Of a stretch of DNA of 64,000 bases, positions 51,291 through 60,315 are shown in pieces. The stretch spans positions 1,026,189-1,090,188 of the forward strand of contig OZ253667.1 in NCBI GenBank assembly GCA_965263235.1, in the 5' to 3' direction. Positions within the stretch are counted from its first letter, which is position 1, and each line of letters starts with the position of its first letter. Under the pieces are notes generated by a model that saw only the letters and a list, made by a program, of their open reading frames with translations, did no database searches and was not told the origin of the DNA. The position numbers and the translations under genes were made by a program. The DNA is from Pseudomonadales bacterium (GTDB lineage: Bacteria > Pseudomonadota > Gammaproteobacteria > Pseudomonadales > UBA7434).

Positions 51291-52079
51291 CTACTTCTTA
51301 AGCATTGCATCTTCGGAGGTTTTCAGGACCATGCCACGAGGCATAAATGGGATAACCCAATTCAGCATAAATTTTAAACTACCCTCGTTGAACGTTACCA
51401 GCTCGCCTTTTTGCATACCTTTGTAACCGCACTCGGCAACAGAGCGTGCGGATTTAGCGTTTTTCCACAGGTCGACACCATCCAGGTTACCCGCTTCAAC
51501 AAAGCCAGTGGCAACAGCGCCAGGGCATAATGATGTCGAAGTGATATTGGTGTCTTTTAGTTCCTGGGCGATAGCTTGTGAGAAGGATACAACATAAGAT
51601 TTGGTCGCGTAGTATACGGCTTGTAGCGGGCCAGGCATAAAGGCTGCGGTGGATGCAACGTGGAGAATTTTTCCACTATTGCGAGCAACCATTCCCTTCA
51701 GGTATAGATGAGTAAGCTGGGTCAGCGTCACCATATTAACTTGCATCATCGCTTCGTCTGCAGACAGCTCGCGCTCGTAGAACTTGCCGTGGCCACCGAA
51801 GCCAGCGTTGTTGATCAATATTTCCACCTCGATTTTTTCTGCTTCAGTGGCATCGAAGATTTCTTGTGCTGCGGTTGGGGAGGACAGGTCTTTAGCTATC
51901 ACTCTAACGGATACGCCGTGCTGCGATTCAAGTTCAGATTTCAGGGTGTTGAGTTTGTCTTCACTGCGCGCGACGATAACCAGGTCGCCACCTTTCTCAG
52001 CGTGAATCCTGGCCAGTTCGAGGCCAATTCCGTTAGACGCTCCGGTGATCAGTGCAACATTGTTTTTAGGGCTAGACAT
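51291..52079 (-). CDS. Short-chain dehydrogenase/reductase
   Basis: It has TGASNGIG, NNAG and YYATK. The start was set at MSSPKNN behind a GAGGA site, because the longer tracked ORF overlaps the upstream gene. Confidence 0.85.
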   Translation of the reverse strand: MSSPKNNVALITGASNGIGLELARIHAEKGGDLVIVARSEDKLNTLKSELESQHGVSVRVIAKDLSSPTAAQEIFDATEAEKIEVEILINNAGFGGHGKFYERELSADEAMMQVNMVTLTQLTHLYLKGMVARNSGKILHVASTAAFMPGPLQAVYYATKSYVVSFSQAIAQELKDTNITSTSLCPGAVATGFVEAGNLDGVDLWKNAKSARSVAECGYKGMQKGELVTFNEGSLKFMLNWVIPFMPRGMVLKTSEDAMLKK

Positions 52080-52137
52080 AATTGATTTCCTCATTAATCG
52101 GTTAGATAAGGGTAAATGCTGACCTCGTTTAAAGGTC

Positions 52138-52803
52138 TCATATTGCAAAACTGGCGATACTTTCGACGGGCTCTCTGTCCATTTTCGCGGTGTTGATGAT
52201 GTCGTCTTTGTCTTCATAACCAAAAGATAGTCCGACCAGGATGGCATTTTCTTCGGGTACATGAACATGCTTGCGAACGACATCGGGAAACATGGCCAAT
52301 GCGCCTTGTGGGCAGCTGGATATACCTCGCTCAACCATCAGCAGCATAATGGATTGCAGGAATATGCCGAGGTCGAGTGCGTGGGCTCTGTGCATGTAGT
52401 TAGGCATTGAGATAAACGCCGCATGAGGGGCGCCGAAAAAATTCCAGTTGCGTTTACTGAGTTCCTCTCGCGCCACTTTATCTTCCCGCGTGATACCCAT
52501 GGTGCCGTAGTAACGGTCAGCGCAGGCATACTGCCGCTCTTTGTAGATGCCCTGTAAACCCATGCCGCCGGGTGGCCACTGTGGATGAGGCTTCATGCCA
52601 TCGGCAACACCTTCCATAATGGCCTGTTCGAGATTGTCCCTAGAGGCGCCAGAAACAACAGAGATATACCAGGGTTGAGTATTACTGTTTGATGGCGCGA
52701 AGCGGGCAATATCGATAATTTCGTGGATCACGTCTTGGGGAACAGGTTCTTTTTTATATCCTCGCACAGTGGTACGGGTTTTAATGGCATCGGAAATGTT
52801 CAA
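52138..52803 (-). CDS. Nitroreductase family protein
   Basis: RTTVRGYKKEPVP..ARFAPSNSNTQPW is the typical nitroreductase N-terminus. Confidence 0.8.
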   Translation of the reverse strand: MNISDAIKTRTTVRGYKKEPVPQDVIHEIIDIARFAPSNSNTQPWYISVVSGASRDNLEQAIMEGVADGMKPHPQWPPGGMGLQGIYKERQYACADRYYGTMGITREDKVAREELSKRNWNFFGAPHAAFISMPNYMHRAHALDLGIFLQSIMLLMVERGISSCPQGALAMFPDVVRKHVHVPEENAILVGLSFGYEDKDDIINTAKMDREPVESIASFAI

Positions 52804-52839
52804 GGTGTGTTCCTCGTGTTTGTTAATTAAGTGTCCGGC

Positions 52840-53796
52840 TTAATTTAGCCAACCTAACAGTTCTTGTTTGGCTTGTTGGTATTCCTGCGTTAACTGTTTG
52901 CAGACTTCTGCAGCGGGTTTTGATTCGTGGGTCATTCCACAGCCCTGGCCTGCTAACCAGATACCTTTGTATTTTTGTTTTACCGCTTCGGCGCCGACTT
53001 TTTGTCCGGGCAACATCATTTTCATCTCGTCGAGGCTCAGGCCTGCATTTGTTAGGCTGGGGCTCAGTAAGCTGACTGGAAAACCATCCAGGGCTGATGT
53101 TTCAAATATTTCCATGGCACCACATTCGACCAGCATCTCTCGGTAGGCATCGCTGGCCAGTGATTCTGGTGAGGCGATAAAGCGAGTGCCCATATAGGCC
53201 ATGTTCGTGCCCATCGCCTGAGCGGCCAGAACATCTTTGCCGGTACTTAGAGCTCCGGCAAGAATGATGGGCTTGTCGGTGATGCTGCGAATTTCGTTTA
53301 CCAAAGCAAAAGGGTTCTGGCGGCCCGTGTGGCCACCAGCGCCAGTGCATACGGCGATGACGGCATCGGCGCCAGCATCTAACGCTTTTTCTGCGTGGCG
53401 CTTAGTCGCGACATCATGAAAGGCTACTCCGCCCCAGCTGTGAATCTCCTTAAAGACATTGTCGGGGGCGCCCTTGGAGGTCAAAACTATTTCAACCTGA
53501 TACTTACGGCACAGTTCCAGGTCGCCTTCATAGCGAGGGTTGGTGGGGTTTACTACCAAATTTACCGCATAGGGAGCCGGGTTCAGGCCATCGTCTTTCA
53601 TCTTTTGAATGCCTTCTTCCATTTGGATAAGCCATTCTTCCAGCGCCTCTCGGGTGCGGGTACTGTGAGCCGGAAAGCTGCCGATAATGCCCTGCGAGCA
53701 GCATGCCAGTGCCATCTCTGGACTGGAAACGAGAAACATTGGAGCGGCGATCACTGGCGTGCGAACTCTGCCGCCAAAAGTTAGGTCTAGGGTCAT
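52840..53796 (-). CDS. Nitronate monooxygenase / NAD(P)H-dependent flavin oxidoreductase
   Basis: PVIAAPMFLVSSPEMA..AGGHTG..ILAGALSTG..GTRF matches the NMO pattern. Confidence 0.8.
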   Translation of the reverse strand: MTLDLTFGGRVRTPVIAAPMFLVSSPEMALACCSQGIIGSFPAHSTRTREALEEWLIQMEEGIQKMKDDGLNPAPYAVNLVVNPTNPRYEGDLELCRKYQVEIVLTSKGAPDNVFKEIHSWGGVAFHDVATKRHAEKALDAGADAVIAVCTGAGGHTGRQNPFALVNEIRSITDKPIILAGALSTGKDVLAAQAMGTNMAYMGTRFIASPESLASDAYREMLVECGAMEIFETSALDGFPVSLLSPSLTNAGLSLDEMKMMLPGQKVGAEAVKQKYKGIWLAGQGCGMTHESKPAAEVCKQLTQEYQQAKQELLGWLN

Positions 53797-53800
53797 TGGG

Positions 53801-55879
53801 TTATTCCTCAGTAATCATTAGAGTGTTGTGTTCCCCAACTTTTGGTGCATCACTCCACACCGACATTGGCGTACTAGCAAACTGAAAGGGGAAGCCTTTA
53901 ACCAGCTTTTTTGTTGGAGACATCAGGAACGTTTGATTGGACTTTACGGTCGGGTGTTTAAACATCTCGGATCCATGGAGACATTTGGATGCGCCAATAC
54001 CCTGGGCTCTAAGCAGTTGTTCAATTTCGTCGGCATTATGTTGGCTGGCCCATTCAACCAACGTTGCATCCTTAAGGCCCTCGATTTTTGATAAATCTTC
54101 TTCATCGTAAAAGCTGATTGCAACCCAGCGTTGATCCGATGACAGCACCATATCGCCAAGTGGGTGGTCTTTGAATGTTTCGTGAATCGAGCGGACATCA
54201 TCTGCCGCGCCAGCGGAAACCCCCTCAAATACCGGGGCTGCGAGATAGAGGGTGACGTCGCGCTGAGCAACATCAATCTCGATAGCACGATTGTCTCGTT
54301 GAGCGCTGAGTAATGCCGCAGAGATCATGGTGGCTCCGTAGAAGCATACCGCCTGATCGGGGAAGTTAACCTGGCGACCGGTGATATAGGGTAGGCCAAT
54401 ATCCTCGTAGGCGGTTAAAGCGGCAAAACCTGACAGGGCTTCCAGCGTTGAGCCATAGGTGGTGTGATCTGCACCCGGCCCATCAAGCCCTTGCCCTGAG
54501 ATGGAAGCAAGAACTATTTTGGGGTTGTGTTCTCGCAGAGTCTCAAGGGTAATGCCCAACCGTTCCATAACACCACGCCGGAAGTTCTCAACCACGGCAT
54601 CAGCGGATTTCACAAGCTGAAAGAAGCGCTGTCTATCGTCGGGGTTTTTCAGGTCCAGAGCCACGCCGAATTTATTGCGATTGTTAAAATTAAAAAGAGG
54701 CGATTCGTCCTCGGCACCGGCCCAGAGCCGGAACGGGTCGGGATAGGTGGGCGATTCAATCTTGATAACCTCAGCGCCCATATCTGCCAATAAGCCAGAG
54801 GTACCTGCTCCCGCAGTGATAATACCCATGTCGAGTATGCGCTTACCCGCAAGGGGCAGGTTCGCCCTGACAGGCGGCGCATCAGTAGAGTCTTCAGAGG
54901 CTTCGCCTGTAGCGGTGATAGACCTCGCACGATAGGGAGCAATCGGCGTTTTCACCGTCTTCCCATTGGCACCTTCAATTGTCTCGAAAGCATCGCGATG
55001 GTTTAGCAGCGGTTCTGCCAGGAGGTCTGATATCGTGGAGACCGGCGCTCCGGGTATCGCATGTTGAAGACAAAGATCAGCGAACTCTGCCTTGGTTGTT
55101 TGCTGGGCCCATTCGCGAACAATCGCCATATAGTCATCGCGGTGCTTGGCGCGGCCCTCGAATGTGGAGAATCGCTCATTACTCAAGCGATGATCACCGA
55201 TCATCTTAACGACGTTGTCCCAGTCTCTCTCTGTATACACAAAGGCAATGTGACCGTCTTTGCAGGGCAGTACCGGCCACTCGGCGCTGCTGCCCTCACG
55301 GTGATATTCATCGCCCGCCAGTCCCGCTGCGCCAGCTTTCCAGTTAGTCCAGGCCATGACCGAGAGCCCGTCAACATGGGCAACTTCCTGTCGATTGAAT
55401 CGCTGTTGTTTGGCGTAGACGCCAAGCAGAGCTGTGAACCCTGCCAGCCCAATGGTGCCGGATGCGTAGTAACCCGCGGGAACCAGTGGCTCGCGATCAG
55501 GGTCTCCAAGCAGATCGGCAAGCCCACACTGTGCAAAGAGTGTGGCCTCGCTGTGCCATGGTGGTGTGGTTATAACGACGGCTGACAGATCGTTGGATTC
55601 ACTGATTTTTTTGTATTCATCATCGGTTGATGCGATTAGAACAACGCGATTGGGCTCGGCTTTTGCCCAGCTTGCCGGGCTTGCAGCATCATCCAGCCGC
55701 TGTTTTTCCCGGTGGTAAAATGCTTCCGTTTCTAGCGGCTTTTCACCAGAAACATAAACGCGAGCACCGCTGCGAATTGCTAACTGGCTCACCACATCAG
55801 CGGCACGAATAGCTGGAGCAGAGGCTCCCTCAGAGTAAACCTGAAGAATCTCCAGGCCCTGCAAAAGGTTCATATTCAT
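53801..55879 (-). CDS. CoA-transferase family III (CaiB/BaiF-like), unusually long (692 aa)
   Basis: The C-terminal half has RILDMGIITAGAGTSGLLADMGAEVIKIESP. The N-terminal half has a degenerate, similar layout. Confidence 0.75.
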   Translation of the reverse strand: MNMNLLQGLEILQVYSEGASAPAIRAADVVSQLAIRSGARVYVSGEKPLETEAFYHREKQRLDDAASPASWAKAEPNRVVLIASTDDEYKKISESNDLSAVVITTPPWHSEATLFAQCGLADLLGDPDREPLVPAGYYASGTIGLAGFTALLGVYAKQQRFNRQEVAHVDGLSVMAWTNWKAGAAGLAGDEYHREGSSAEWPVLPCKDGHIAFVYTERDWDNVVKMIGDHRLSNERFSTFEGRAKHRDDYMAIVREWAQQTTKAEFADLCLQHAIPGAPVSTISDLLAEPLLNHRDAFETIEGANGKTVKTPIAPYRARSITATGEASEDSTDAPPVRANLPLAGKRILDMGIITAGAGTSGLLADMGAEVIKIESPTYPDPFRLWAGAEDESPLFNFNNRNKFGVALDLKNPDDRQRFFQLVKSADAVVENFRRGVMERLGITLETLREHNPKIVLASISGQGLDGPGADHTTYGSTLEALSGFAALTAYEDIGLPYITGRQVNFPDQAVCFYGATMISAALLSAQRDNRAIEIDVAQRDVTLYLAAPVFEGVSAGAADDVRSIHETFKDHPLGDMVLSSDQRWVAISFYDEEDLSKIEGLKDATLVEWASQHNADEIEQLLRAQGIGASKCLHGSEMFKHPTVKSNQTFLMSPTKKLVKGFPFQFASTPMSVWSDAPKVGEHNTLMITEE

Positions 55880-56916
55880 AAAGAATTAGCTCGTGGTCGA
55901 TTGTTATCGTGGGGATCTGAAGGGGAACTGCCTTGCAGAGTCTTTCTGGCAGCCTCGGGCGTCGTTCCAGTCCATTGATGGAACGCTCTAAAAAAGGAGT
56001 TCTGGTCTTTGAAACCCAGTAAAAAGGCGATTTCGTAGAGGGCTAAGTTGGTACTTTTTAAATAGTGTAAGGTCATTTCCGAACGGACTGTATGCAGCAG
56101 CTTACCAAAGCTGATGCCCTCTTCTTTTAACCGGCGTTGCAGTGTTCTGGGGGTGACATTCAGATAGTTTGAGAGGTCACTGATTGAGGACCGGCCAGAA
56201 GGTACCAACTTATACAGCGCCCTTTTGGCCTTTAGTGAGTAGCGCTGACTTTTGTTAATGCCCTTAAGCTTTTCTTTTATTAACGGTTCGTAGTGCTCCC
56301 ACAACAATGGATTAGCTGTGGCAAAGGGTTGCTCGGCATCAGTACGCGCGAAGACAACACTGTTGTGCTCGCCTTGAGTGACAGCAACTCCAAGCATCGT
56401 TTTTAGCTGATTGGACACTATGGGCTTAAAATTGGTAGTGATGCGCAGCGGTGTAATGGGCCGCTGCGTGCCTCTTTGAATCAGCATGGTCAGTACAGTC
56501 AAGTCGGTAAGAATCAGGCTTTCAGGAAGCTCGCCGGACTGGAGGTCGTTCGTTAAGGTCACAGTGTATTCGGACTTGCTGATAGCCGTTTGGTAGCAAA
56601 CCGGTGAGATAAGTCGTCGATATTGGCTAAGTCGATCCACCGCAAAGATCATATTTTCACTGCAGAGTGTCGAAGAAACAGTGACATTAAATGTGCTATT
56701 AAAAGAATACTGACCAATTAAAATTGGCAGCTCGGAAAGCCTGCAGTGACTTTCCAGAGCGCGCCACAGCTTTATATAGTCGCTGCCGCTAACTTTTCCC
56801 TGCCCGCGCGAAAATGTACCCTCGGGTAGCCCCGCGCTGGTCGCCAGAGTTGTCGGGCTTATCTTCAGTGTCTCCGCCAGGGAGAGCCAGCCCATTGATA
56901 GCCGAAAGTAAGTCAC
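55876..56916 (-). CDS. AraC family transcriptional regulator
   Basis: The C-terminal double HTH includes ..IAFLLGFKDQNSFFRAFHQWTGTTP. Confidence 0.85.
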   Translation of the reverse strand: MTYFRLSMGWLSLAETLKISPTTLATSAGLPEGTFSRGQGKVSGSDYIKLWRALESHCRLSELPILIGQYSFNSTFNVTVSSTLCSENMIFAVDRLSQYRRLISPVCYQTAISKSEYTVTLTNDLQSGELPESLILTDLTVLTMLIQRGTQRPITPLRITTNFKPIVSNQLKTMLGVAVTQGEHNSVVFARTDAEQPFATANPLLWEHYEPLIKEKLKGINKSQRYSLKAKRALYKLVPSGRSSISDLSNYLNVTPRTLQRRLKEEGISFGKLLHTVRSEMTLHYLKSTNLALYEIAFLLGFKDQNSFFRAFHQWTGTTPEAARKTLQGSSPSDPHDNNRPRANSL

Positions 56917-57162
56917 AAATCTGCCTGTGAAGTCGGTTGGATGAGCTCATTGTATCTTCTGGATTACAGGCGTGACTTACTAATCGCGACAGCGATATTC
57001 AAAAACCTCACCTTGCCTCCGATGGTTGGTACACGAAAACTCATGCCCAAAAATGTCGTCTTTTGAAAGTCTGCGCCTGGTGCGCCCCATTAGCATGCGA
57101 TGAGACCTGTTTAACCACCCAGCTAGACCACTAAAGTAAAACTCCGCGTCAGCGAGGCTAAG

Positions 57163-58602
57163 ATGACTACCACCTACGACCTATATATCAACGGCAAGAC
57201 CGAAGCTCCTTCGTCCGCAGAGTACTTTGACACTATCAACCCGGCAGACAATTCCGTGTTAGCGAAGATTGCCAAAGGCTCCGCAGCCGACGTGGATAGA
57301 GCGGTCGCCAGTGCCGATGCCGCCTGCGAGGCCTGGGGCGAAATGAATCCCATTGAACGCGGCAGAATACTTAATCGGATGGCCGAGGCCATTCGCGACA
57401 ACGCAGACCTGCTGGGCAAATGTGAATCCGATGAAATGGGTGTCCCCCACGAAGCACAATCGATAGTTATCGATGGCTCAGCGGATTTTTTTGAATACTA
57501 TGCCGGGCTTGCGCCATCCATTCTCGGCGACACCATTCCCGCTGACCCCGACAAATTTGTTTTCACCTCTCACGAGCCCTACGGCGTGGTGGGAATTATC
57601 ACGCCCTGGAATGCTCCGCTAAACCAGGCCGCCAGAAGCGTCGCACCCGCCCTGGCTGCCGGCAATGCCGTGGTTCTCAAGCCCAGCGAATTTACCTCGC
57701 TGTCCTCTCTGGAATTCGCACATCTGGCCACTGAAGCGGGCTTACCCAGGGGCGTCTTAAATGTCGTCACGGGCTTTGGCCAGGATGTGGGCGCGCCCCT
57801 GACAGCTCACCCCAGGGTATCGAAAGTTGGCTTTACTGGCTCAGTTCAAACCGGCCAGGCAGTTGGCGCTATCGCTGCAGAAAAAGTCATGCCTGTGACC
57901 CTGGAGCTGGGCGGTAAATCCCCCAATATTGTCTTTGAAGATGCCGACCTGGAAGCCGCGTTACCGATGGCGCTGTTCGGTTTTATCGCCAACAGTGGTC
58001 AGATTTGTTCCTCCGGCACCCGGGTGTTAGTGCAACGCTCCATTTACGAGCAATTCAGCAAAATGATTGTCGGCGCCGCAGAGTCCATTCCCATCGGCAT
58101 CGACAAGCCGTTCCCCTGTCTCGGGCCCGTTGCCAACCGGATGCAATATGACAAGGTGCTTAGCTATTTCGAAAGTGCTCGCGAAGAAGGCGCAACCATT
58201 CTTACCGGTGGCGAAAAGGCTACGGGTGAAGGACTGGACAATGGCCTTTATATCAAACCCACGATATTCGCGGACGTGACCCGCGATATGCGTATTGTGC
58301 GTGAAGAAATATTCGGGCCCGCCGGCGTGTTAATCCCCTTTGATACCGAAGAGGAGGCCATCGAAATTGCCAATGACACCGACTACGGCCTATGTTCCGG
58401 TATTTGGACAAGAGATATCAGCCGTGTTATTCGCGTCTCGCGAAAAATTAAAGCGGGTACGGTTTACGTTAACACCTATCACGATCACAGTGTTGGCGCG
58501 CCGGTGGGCGGCTATAAGAAATCGGGTATAGGCCGCGAGCGAGGTGTTCAGGCACTTAAACAATATACACAGTTAAAAAACGTGACGGTGAACCTGGCCT
58601 GA
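57163..58602 (+). CDS. NAD(P)-dependent aldehyde dehydrogenase
   Basis: It has ELGGKSP, the GQICSSGTR catalytic Cys and EEIFGP. Confidence 0.9.
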   Translation: MTTTYDLYINGKTEAPSSAEYFDTINPADNSVLAKIAKGSAADVDRAVASADAACEAWGEMNPIERGRILNRMAEAIRDNADLLGKCESDEMGVPHEAQSIVIDGSADFFEYYAGLAPSILGDTIPADPDKFVFTSHEPYGVVGIITPWNAPLNQAARSVAPALAAGNAVVLKPSEFTSLSSLEFAHLATEAGLPRGVLNVVTGFGQDVGAPLTAHPRVSKVGFTGSVQTGQAVGAIAAEKVMPVTLELGGKSPNIVFEDADLEAALPMALFGFIANSGQICSSGTRVLVQRSIYEQFSKMIVGAAESIPIGIDKPFPCLGPVANRMQYDKVLSYFESAREEGATILTGGEKATGEGLDNGLYIKPTIFADVTRDMRIVREEIFGPAGVLIPFDTEEEAIEIANDTDYGLCSGIWTRDISRVIRVSRKIKAGTVYVNTYHDHSVGAPVGGYKKSGIGRERGVQALKQYTQLKNVTVNLA

Positions 58603-58842
58603 TTAAAAGGGAGAGCTTGTGGATGGGTAGTGCTCATTGAAGATTAAGGTGACGCGGTGGGGATTTAACGTTGGGGATGGATTGAGCTATCTCTGCAAAA
58701 TGGATAATTAAATTAAGTAACATTACCTGGTTCAAACTGTTTTGGTGTTTAATGACTCAGTGTTTGATGTAAACGCTTTTGAAGTTCATTTGCTATAAAA
58801 CCCTGCGACTGGTTGCTCAAGCAACGGTCAGGAGAAAAGTTT

Positions 58843-59184
58843 ATGACCTGTTCTAATTCGCATTCCCATCCCGAGCACACCCATGGCCCTGACTGCGGCC
58901 ACACGGCTATCCGCCATAACGGCCATGTTGATTACATTCACGATGGTCATTTGCACCATCCCCACGGTGATCATTACGACGAACATAGTTTAGATGTTAG
59001 TGAAACTAACCCGGCTACGTGTGCGCCGCTGCATGAATGTGGAGATCATGTTCATGGGCCTGGTTGTGGTCATGAAGCGGTGCCGCATGGCGACCATATT
59101 GACTACATCGTAAATGGTCGGCTGCATCACGTGCACGACGGTCATTGCGATGATCATGGGCCGGTAGAGGTGCTTTCTGCGTAG
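58843..59184 (+). CDS. His-rich putative metal-binding protein with an internal duplication
   Basis: The two repeats are HGPDCGHTAIRHNGHVDYIHDGHLHHPHGDHYDEH and HGPGCGHEAVPHGDHIDYIVNGRLHHVHDGHCDDH. The ATG at 58843 follows an AGGAG site. Confidence 0.7.
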   Translation: MTCSNSHSHPEHTHGPDCGHTAIRHNGHVDYIHDGHLHHPHGDHYDEHSLDVSETNPATCAPLHECGDHVHGPGCGHEAVPHGDHIDYIVNGRLHHVHDGHCDDHGPVEVLSA

Positions 59185-59289
59185 CAGGCTCGGTATCAAG
59201 TAAGGCCATAACCATCTGATATAAAAGCTTTATCTGGTTTTCGAGCGCGTCTGCTCGGGAACGCCATGGACGATCGTCTCTCATGGCAT

Positions 59290-59349
59290 TTAGAAAAAAG
59301 GTGCTTAGAGAAAAGGCACTTAGAAAAAAGGTATTTAAAAAAAAGCATT
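59290..59349. repeat. Four tandem 15-bp A-tract repeats (TTAGAAAAAAGGTGC-like)
   Basis: TTAGAAAAAAGGTGC / TTAGAGAAAAGGCAC / TTAGAAAAAAGGTAT / TTAAAAAAAAGCATT. Confidence 0.85.
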
Positions 59350-59354
59350 TTGCA

Positions 59355-59390
59355 AAGCCCTGCTCAGAAGAGCGGGGCTTTTTTGTTTTG
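59355..59390 (+). terminator. Rho-independent terminator
   Basis: AAGCCCTGCTCagaaGAGCGGGGCTTTTTTGTTTT. Confidence 0.85.
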
Positions 59391-59499
59391 CTCGCTTGCA
59401 GAACATGACAGGTATTATGGTCGGACTGTCCGACCGTATTGAGTTTCTGCACAACGTCGTGTTATCGTCCCTGCCGGTCGAGCAAGAGGGCACACTGGC

Positions 59500-60225
59500 G
59501 TGCAAGCAATACAGCGAGAGCCGATTTACCGGCAAATCTACCAACTACTAGAACAACGTATTCTGCAAAACGAGCTGCAAGTAGGCGATGTGCTCGATTC
59601 CGAGCAATCACTGGCAGAAAGCTTTCAGGTGCATCGTTCATCGGTGCGCGAAGCGCTGCGCCTGCTTGAAGAGAATGGTCTCGTGCAACGCAGACCCGGC
59701 GGTAAAAAGCTATTTGTTAGCTTGCCGGACAAAGACCGATTGGGCAGTCGTATCAGTCAGGCGCTTGTGTTAGATGAGGTGACTTTTCGGGAGCTGTACG
59801 AAGGCATTCGCGTGTTAGAGCCGGCGATTTCGGCAGTAGCGGCACAAAAGGTTACCCAGGAGCAGCTGGATAGAATCGCTAAAAATTTGCGCTTCACTGC
59901 CGACAATCTTGGCGATGCCAAAACAATGCTCGAACTGGACTTTGAATTTCATAACCTCGTTGCCGAAGCATCGGGCAATAAAGTATTGACGCTCTCTCGC
60001 CTTGGCGTTGTCGAGCTATTTTATCCAGCGGTAAATCGCTTGATGAAAGTGTTAGACGTTAGCCAGCGTATTCTTGTTGCTCACGAAATGATTTTTCAGG
60101 CGTTGTTAAACGGTGATGCCGAGCAGGCGGAGACATGGTCAAAAAAACATGCCGACGACTTTTTGCGTGGCTATGAGTTGGCAGGGCTAGACATTAATGC
60201 ATCGGTCAGGCCACCCAGGCAATGA
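59500..60225 (+). CDS. GntR family (FadR/FCD-type) transcriptional regulator
   Basis: It has the winged HTH SEQSLAESFQVHRSSVREALRLLEENGLV and a helical C-terminal domain. Confidence 0.85.
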   Translation: MQAIQREPIYRQIYQLLEQRILQNELQVGDVLDSEQSLAESFQVHRSSVREALRLLEENGLVQRRPGGKKLFVSLPDKDRLGSRISQALVLDEVTFRELYEGIRVLEPAISAVAAQKVTQEQLDRIAKNLRFTADNLGDAKTMLELDFEFHNLVAEASGNKVLTLSRLGVVELFYPAVNRLMKVLDVSQRILVAHEMIFQALLNGDAEQAETWSKKHADDFLRGYELAGLDINASVRPPRQ

Positions 60226-60315
60226 TTTTAAGTGCTAGTTTTAAGGGCTAATTATAAGTACTAGTTAGAGAGCTATTGCGCTCAAGTGACATATTAAACG
60301 AGAGACCCGGTAAGT

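Noticed and set aside
52080-52334. An N-terminal extension of the SDR ORF overlapping the nitroreductase gene.
   Set aside because: The Rossmann motif TGASNGIG lies right after the internal ATG at 52079, which has a GAGGA Shine-Dalgarno site. The extension would overlap ~200 nt of the upstream CDS.
58603-58842. A Zur/Fur-type box upstream of the His-rich protein gene.
   Set aside because: Only a loose AT-rich partial palindrome (GGATAATTAAATTAAGTAACATTACC) is present, with no convincing match to consensus boxes I can recall.
59015-59452. A 145-aa minus-strand ORF antisense to the His-rich gene and the A-tract repeats.
   Set aside because: The product contains FFLNTFFLSAFSLSTFFLNA, which derives from the 15-bp repeats. 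It is antisense to a better-supported gene and spans a terminator.
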